Source: Burkholderiales bacterium (GTDB lineage Bacteria > Pseudomonadota > Gammaproteobacteria > Burkholderiales > Burkholderiaceae_F). From it: a DNA stretch of 41,418 nucleotides. This document shows positions 36,627 through 41,418 of this stretch, piece by piece. Numbering within the stretch: the first letter of the stretch is position 1; each line of letters begins with the position of its first letter. The position numbers were made by a program, and so were the translations under genes. The notes under the pieces are model-generated. The model searched no databases. It was given only the letters and a program-made list of their open reading frames with translations, and was not told the DNA's origin. The stretch covers positions 1-41,418 of the forward strand of contig JAJTHJ010000200.1 of assembly GCA_021298875.1 (NCBI GenBank), written 5' to 3'.

Positions 36627-36700
36627 CGTCATTCCCGCGCAAGCGGGAATCCAGTGCAACGCTGCGATGCCTCTGGGTTCCCGCTTCCGCGGGAACGACG
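36627..36700. repeat. REP-like double-hairpin element (ATTCCCGC-GCAA-GCGGGAAT and GTTCCCGC-TTCC-GCGGGAAC) in the murG-murC spacer
   Basis: The segment 36627-36654 and the reverse complement of 36673-36700 match at 25/28 positions. Each half also folds on itself with an 8-bp stem. This is the widespread 'IPAQAGIQ / RFRGNDD' type of proteobacterial REP. Confidence 0.8.
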
Positions 36701-36760
36701 ACAGCGGGATCGGCCGAGCGCCGCATCGACACGCGGTTGGACGCGGACGCTCAGCGTGCT

Positions 36761-37843
36761 TCATGCGCTCACCTTCGCAATGTGTTCGAGCGCATCGGCG
36801 ACCACCGTGGTCGCCTGCGGGTTGCCGAGTGCGCGGGCGCGCTGCGCCATCGCGCACAGCCCCTCGCGCGTCAGCCCACGCAAGGTTTCCGCCAGACGCG
36901 CGGCGCTCAGCTCGCTTTGCGGCAGATGGATTGCTGCCCCCTGCGCGGCGAGGAACTCGGCATTGCTGCGCTGGTGGTCAGTGGTGCGGGCGATGAACGG
37001 CACCAGGATCGCCGGTACGCCGGCGGCGGTCAGCTCGGTGATGCTGATCGCGCCGGCGCGGCAGAGGACCACATCCGCCGCCGCGTACTGCGCGGCCATG
37101 TCGTCGATGAACGGCACCACCTCGGCCTCGACCCCGGCCTGCGCATAGGCGGCGCGCGTCGCCTCGACATGCGCCGCGCCGCACTGGTGAATCACCTGCG
37201 GCCGTTCGCCGGCCGCCAGCAGCGCCAGCGCCGAGGGGACGGTCTGGTTCAACACCTGCGCGCCCAAACTGCCGCCAAAGACCAACAGCCGCAGCGGCCC
37301 GCTGCGGATCGCGTAGCGCGCCTCCGGCGCCGGCAGTTCGGCGATCTGCGGCCGCACCGGGTTGCCGGTCACCAGCCCGCGCTCGCCGGCGAGCCGGGCC
37401 GCACCGCCGTCGAAGCCGCAGAAGATGGCCGCGCACAGGCTGCGCAGCAGCTTGGTGGACAACAGCGGCTGTGCATCGGAGTTCAGCAGCGCCAGCGGCA
37501 ACCCCAACCCGCTCGCCGCCAAACCCACCGGCACGGCCACGTAACCGCCGGTGGAGAACACTAGCGCCGGCTGGCGCGCGCGCAGCAGCGCACGGCTCGC
37601 CCACAGCGCGCGCAGCAGGGCGAAGCCGCCAAACAGCAAGGTCTTGATCCCCTTGCCGCGCAAGCCGCTGAATTCCAGCGAATCGAAGGCGATCCCGCGC
37701 GCCTCGACCAGCCCGCGCTCCATGCCCGTGCGGGTGCCGATCCACGACACGCTCCAGCCGCGTCCGCGCATCGCCTCGGCCACTGCCAGCCCCGGCATCA
37801 CGTGGCCGCCGGTGCCGGCGGCCGCAATCACCAGATGCTTCAT
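36761..37843 (-). CDS. murG: undecaprenyldiphospho-muramoylpentapeptide beta-N-acetylglucosaminyltransferase
   Basis: The ORF is trimmed to the ATG at 37843: [25 protein letters not shown]...GGSLGA...[10 protein letters not shown]. It overlaps the ftsW stop by 4 nt. Confidence 0.92.
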   Translation of the reverse strand: MKHLVIAAAGTGGHVMPGLAVAEAMRGRGWSVSWIGTRTGMERGLVEARGIAFDSLEFSGLRGKGIKTLLFGGFALLRALWASRALLRARQPALVFSTGGYVAVPVGLAASGLGLPLALLNSDAQPLLSTKLLRSLCAAIFCGFDGGAARLAGERGLVTGNPVRPQIAELPAPEARYAIRSGPLRLLVFGGSLGAQVLNQTVPSALALLAAGERPQVIHQCGAAHVEATRAAYAQAGVEAEVVPFIDDMAAQYAAADVVLCRAGAISITELTAAGVPAILVPFIARTTDHQRSNAEFLAAQGAAIHLPQSELSAARLAETLRGLTREGLCAMAQRARALGNPQATTVVADALEHIAKVSA

Positions 37844-39087
37844 GCGCGGCCTCCGCGCATCAACTTCCGATTCTCGAAGTCGACCCGCAGCACCAACGCC
37901 AAGCCCACCAGCGTGGACAGCAGCGCCGAGCCGCCGTAGCTCAGCAGCGGCAACGTGAGCCCCTTGGTGGGCAACAAGCCCGTGGCCACACCAATGTTGA
38001 TGAACGCCTGCACGCCGATCCACAGGCCCACACCCTGCGCCAGCAGCCCGGCAAAGCTGCGCTCGAGCGCGATCGCCTGGCGGCCGATCTCGAAGATGCG
38101 TTTGACCAGCCAATAGAAGGCCACGATCACCGCCAGAACGGCGACCAGCCCGAGTTCTTCGCCGATCACCGCGAGGATGAAGTCGGTATGCGCCTCGGGC
38201 AGGTAGTGCAGTTTTTCCACGCTGCCGCCCAGGCCGACGCCGAACCACTCGCCGCGGCCGAAGGCGATCAGCGAATGCGACAGCTGATACCCCTTGCCGA
38301 GCGCGTGCTCGGCCGACCAGGGGTCGAGGTAGGCAAAGATGCGCTCGCGCCGCCACGGCGAAAGCGCAATCACCGCAACGAAGGCTAGCGCCATCACCCC
38401 GGCCACCGCCAGCGCCAGCCGTGCGTTGGCGCCGCCGATGAAGAGCACGCCCAGGCAGATCGCCGCGATCACGCCAAAGGCGCCCAGATCCGGCTGCAAC
38501 AGCAGCAGCCCGCCCGCCGCCGCAATGACCACCCCCATCGGCAGAAAGCTCTGGCCGAAGCGATGGATCACCTCCTGCTTGCGCACGACGAAGTCGGCCG
38601 CGTACAGCACCGCAGCCACCTTCATCAGTTCCGACGGTTGCAGGTTGAACAGGCCCAGCGGAATCCAGCGCTTCGCCCCCAGCGCGCCCTTGCCGATCAG
38701 CAGCACCGCCACCAGCAGTACCAACGTGGCGACCAGCAGCGCCGGCGCGATGCGCTGCCAGACGGCAATCGGAATGGAGAAGACAATCACCGCCGCCGCC
38801 AGCGCCACCGCCAGCGACAGCAGGTGCCGCAACAGAAAGTAAGCCGGCCCGACCGAGTAGCGCGGCGAGTCGGCAAGCGAGATCGACGCCGAGTAGACCA
38901 TCACGATGCCGAAGAGCAGCAGCCCGGCGACCACCGCCAACAGCGCGTGATCGACGTGCGTCACACCGCGCCCGCGCGCGCCGGCGGCCATGCCGCCGCC
39001 CAGCCCGGCCAGCGCAAGCACGGACGCCCCCGGCGGCGCGTCGCGCCGGCCGCGTTCGGCAAACAGTTTGCGCAGGCCCGCGATCAC
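37840..39087 (-). CDS. ftsW: peptidoglycan glycosyltransferase FtsW (SEDS family)
   Basis: 415 aa with a GTG start preceded by GGAAGGGAG. It is polytopic. Supporting segments are QPSELMK and LPEAHTDFI...[18 protein letters not shown]. Confidence 0.9.
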   Translation of the reverse strand: MIAGLRKLFAERGRRDAPPGASVLALAGLGGGMAAGARGRGVTHVDHALLAVVAGLLLFGIVMVYSASISLADSPRYSVGPAYFLLRHLLSLAVALAAAVIVFSIPIAVWQRIAPALLVATLVLLVAVLLIGKGALGAKRWIPLGLFNLQPSELMKVAAVLYAADFVVRKQEVIHRFGQSFLPMGVVIAAAGGLLLLQPDLGAFGVIAAICLGVLFIGGANARLALAVAGVMALAFVAVIALSPWRRERIFAYLDPWSAEHALGKGYQLSHSLIAFGRGEWFGVGLGGSVEKLHYLPEAHTDFILAVIGEELGLVAVLAVIVAFYWLVKRIFEIGRQAIALERSFAGLLAQGVGLWIGVQAFINIGVATGLLPTKGLTLPLLSYGGSALLSTLVGLALVLRVDFENRKLMRGGRA

Positions 39088-39133
39088 ACCGCGCTCCCTT
39101 CCGCCTCGACCACGAGCCGCGTCAGCACCTTTT

Positions 39134-40633
39134 TCATGCCACGCTCCCTTCGGGTTCGAGCATGGGCCGTATCAGTGACTCCCTGACCGCGCGCCCAAAA
39201 ACTTCTGCGCGGTGCTTGTAGTTGTCGAACATGTCGAGGCTGGCGCAGGCCGGCGACAGCAGCACCGCATCGCCCGGCTGCGCCAGCGCGGCGGCGGCGG
39301 CGACCGCCTCTTCCAGCGTGGCGCAGGACTGCACCGGGTACGGCGCCGCGGTGAGCAACGCGCCGATCCGCGGCCCGTCGCGGCCGATCAGCAGCACCGC
39401 ACGCGCATGCCGCGCCAGCGGTGCGACGAGCGGCGCGAAGTCCTGCCCCTTGCCGTCGCCGCCCAGGATCACCACCAGCCGCTTGCCCTCCTCGCCGAGG
39501 CCGTCGAGCGCGGCGACGGTGGCGCCGACGTTGGTGCCCTTGCTGTCGTCGTAGAACTCCACGCCGTCGCGCGTGGCGACGAGTTCCATCCGGTGCGGCT
39601 CGCCGCGGTAGCTGCGCAGCGCATGCAGCAGCGGCGCCAGCGGGCAGCCCAGCGCGCGCGCCAGCGCCAGCGCAGCGAGCGCGTTGAGCGCGTTGTGCCG
39701 GCCGCGGATGTGCAGCGCCTCGGCCGGCATCAGCTTGTGCACGTGCACCGGCGCATCGATGCCCGGCAGTTCGGCCGCGGCGCGGCGGCGCCGCTCGCCG
39801 GGCGAAAGGTCTTCCGCATAGGCGAGCCAGGTCAGGCCGCCCTCCTGCACCAGGCCGTACTGATCCGGCTGCGCCGGCACGCTGCTGCCGAAGGTGAGCG
39901 GCCGGCCGGTCTTGCGCAGCATCGCCACGGTGGCGGCGTCGTCGCGGTTGACCACCTGCACCGTGTCCTTGGCAAAGATGCGCGCCTTGGCCCGCGTGTA
40001 GGCGTCCAGCGTGCCGTGCCAGTCGAGGTGATCCTGCGTCACGTTGAGCACCGTCGCCGCCGTGCAATGCAGCGAGCGCGTGGTCGCCAACTGGAAGCTC
40101 GATAGCTCCAGCACCCACACCTCGGGCAGCGCGCCGGCGTCGAGCCGCTCGGCGAGCACCTCCAGCGCCGAGGGCGAAATGTTGCCGGCCACCGCCACCG
40201 ACAGCCCGGCGCGCTCCAGCAGCAGGCCGGTCAGGCGCGTGACGGTGGTCTTGCCGTTGGTGCCAGTGATGCCGACGATGCGCGGCGCGTAGGCGCGCTC
40301 GGCTTCGAGTTCGGCCAGCGCGCGGGCAAAGAGTTCGATCTCACCCACCACGTCGATCTTGCGCCGCTGCGCCTCGGCCACCAGCACGCGCGCCTCCGAG
40401 TGCGTCGGCGACAGGCCGGGGCTGAGCGCGACGAGGTCGATGCCGTCGAGCAACGTCTTGGCGAGCGGCCCGCCGGCGAACTCCGCCGCCGGCAACTGCG
40501 CGCGCAGCGCGGCCAGCCCCGGTGGCGACTCGCGCGTGTCCGCCACCCGCAGCCGGTGCCCGCCGCGCGCCAGCCAGCGGGCCATGGCCAGGCCGGTTTC
40601 GCCGAGCCCAAGGATCAAGACGCTCATCGGCAT
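39134..40633 (-). CDS. murD: UDP-N-acetylmuramoylalanine--D-glutamate ligase
   Basis: 499 aa. Supporting segments are [27 protein letters not shown] and [15 protein letters not shown]. The start could be the ATG at 40627. Confidence 0.9.
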   Translation of the reverse strand: MPMSVLILGLGETGLAMARWLARGGHRLRVADTRESPPGLAALRAQLPAAEFAGGPLAKTLLDGIDLVALSPGLSPTHSEARVLVAEAQRRKIDVVGEIELFARALAELEAERAYAPRIVGITGTNGKTTVTRLTGLLLERAGLSVAVAGNISPSALEVLAERLDAGALPEVWVLELSSFQLATTRSLHCTAATVLNVTQDHLDWHGTLDAYTRAKARIFAKDTVQVVNRDDAATVAMLRKTGRPLTFGSSVPAQPDQYGLVQEGGLTWLAYAEDLSPGERRRRAAAELPGIDAPVHVHKLMPAEALHIRGRHNALNALAALALARALGCPLAPLLHALRSYRGEPHRMELVATRDGVEFYDDSKGTNVGATVAALDGLGEEGKRLVVILGGDGKGQDFAPLVAPLARHARAVLLIGRDGPRIGALLTAAPYPVQSCATLEEAVAAAAALAQPGDAVLLSPACASLDMFDNYKHRAEVFGRAVRESLIRPMLEPEGSVA

Positions 40634-40640
40634 CGCGCGC

Positions 40641-41418
40641 TCACCTGATCTTCAACGTCGACAAACCGACCAGCACCAGCATGATGGTGATGATCCAGAA
40701 GCGCACCACCACCTGGTTTTCGCGCCAGCCGGACAGCTCAAAGTGGTGGTGCAGCGGCGCCATGCGGAAGATGCGCTTGCCGCCCGTCCCCTTGAAGTAG
40801 GCGACCTGCAGCATCACCGACACGGTCTCGGCGACGAACACGCCGCCCATGACAAAGAGCACGATCTCCTGCCGGGTGATCACCGCAATCGTCCCCAGCG
40901 CCGCGCCGAGCGCCAGCGCGCCCACGTCGCCCATGAACACCTGGGCTGGATAGGCGTTGAACCAGAGGAAGGCGAGCCCACTGCCGGCGATGGCGCCGCA
41001 GACGATCACCAGTTCGCCCGCGCCCGGCACGTAGGGAAACAGCAGGTACTTGGCAAAGTCCGCGCGGCCGACCACGTAGGCAAAGATGCCGAGCGCGGCG
41101 CCGACCAGCGCGGCCGGCATGATCGCCAGGCCGTCCAGGCCGTCGGTCAGGTTGACCGCGTTGCTGGTGCCCACGATCACGAAGTAGGTCAGCAGCACGA
41201 AGCCGAACACACCCATCGGATAGGCCACGTCCTTGAAGAACGGCACCATCAGGTCCGAGCGCGGCGGCAGATCGAGGTCGAAGCCGCTGGCGATCCACTC
41301 GCCAATCAGCGTCCAGATCTTGGCCCCGCTGGGCGCGGCCACGGCGAAGGCCAGATACAACGCCGCCACCAGCGCGATTAGCGACTGCCAGAAGTACTTC
41401 TCCTTCGCGCTCATCCCC
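40641..41418 (-). CDS. mraY: phospho-N-acetylmuramoyl-pentapeptide transferase MraY; 5' end runs off the window
   Basis: The frame is open to the right window edge. Supporting segments are ...[13 protein letters not shown]...[13 protein letters not shown]...[15 protein letters not shown]...[12 protein letters not shown]. The ATG at 41414 in the track is internal. Confidence 0.92.
   Translation of the reverse strand, partial: GMSAKEKYFWQSLIALVAALYLAFAVAAPSGAKIWTLIGEWIASGFDLDLPPRSDLMVPFFKDVAYPMGVFGFVLLTYFVIVGTSNAVNLTDGLDGLAIMPAALVGAALGIFAYVVGRADFAKYLLFPYVPGAGELVIVCGAIAGSGLAFLWFNAYPAQVFMGDVGALALGAALGTIAVITRQEIVLFVMGGVFVAETVSVMLQVAYFKGTGGKRIFRMAPLHHHFELSGWRENQVVVRFWIITIMLVLVGLSTLKIR

Noticed and set aside
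36603-36857. 84-aa ORF and the 42-codon N-terminal extension of murC across the murG-murC spacer
   Set aside because: These are translations of the REP hairpins (…VVPAEAGTQ…, …[10 protein letters not shown]…). MurC homology begins at [20 protein letters not shown] (ATG at 36606).
39084-40118. 344-aa minus-strand ORF overlapping murD
   Set aside because: It is an alternative frame of murD and is Arg/Ala/Gly-rich with no motifs.

Overview
This is a very GC-rich chromosomal segment. Its gene content and synteny look betaproteobacterial, probably Burkholderiales; that assignment is an inference from gene order, not a database hit. Almost the whole window is conserved housekeeping sequence.

Gene content, left to right:
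- cbb3 oxidase genes on the minus strand (ccoI, ccoS, ccoN). ccoN runs off the left edge and is absent from the supplied ORF track.
- A glycerophosphodiesterase, a hotdog-fold DUF4442 protein, a family III CoA-transferase, an acylphosphatase and a GNAT acetyltransferase.
- A tctCBA tricarboxylate transporter.
- Two tandem copies of a small-protein transcription unit.
- An orphan Bug-family binding protein with a signal-less gamma-glutamyltransferase.
- pilBCD-coaE-zapD-yacG.
- On the minus strand: a Nudix/ThiE-like fusion, a DUF815 ATPase, argJ, secA and an M23 peptidase.
- A DUF721/DciA-like gene, an NlpC/P60 peptidase and lpxC.
- A divergently inserted DUF2189 membrane protein.
- The distal dcw cluster (ftsZ, ftsA, ftsQ, ddl, murC, murG, ftsW, murD, and mraY running off the right edge).

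I see no rRNA, tRNA, CRISPR array, transposase, integrase or recognisable defence genes. I cannot point to a convincing novel multi-gene system.

The most unusual things I can support from the sequence are:
1. The tandemly duplicated stand-alone units (about 11.34-12.45 kb). Each encodes a 64-65 aa signal-anchored protein with an invariant EAGLPVVQLERVVV core, its own terminator and conserved non-coding upstream modules.
2. A family of heptad-periodic palindromic elements at three gene junctions. One is built into the murC stop / ddl start region and is translated in both genes.
3. Dense GC-rich REP-like palindromes in several spacers, including one inside the dcw cluster.

Many long ORFs in the track are wrong-frame or antisense artefacts of the high GC content.
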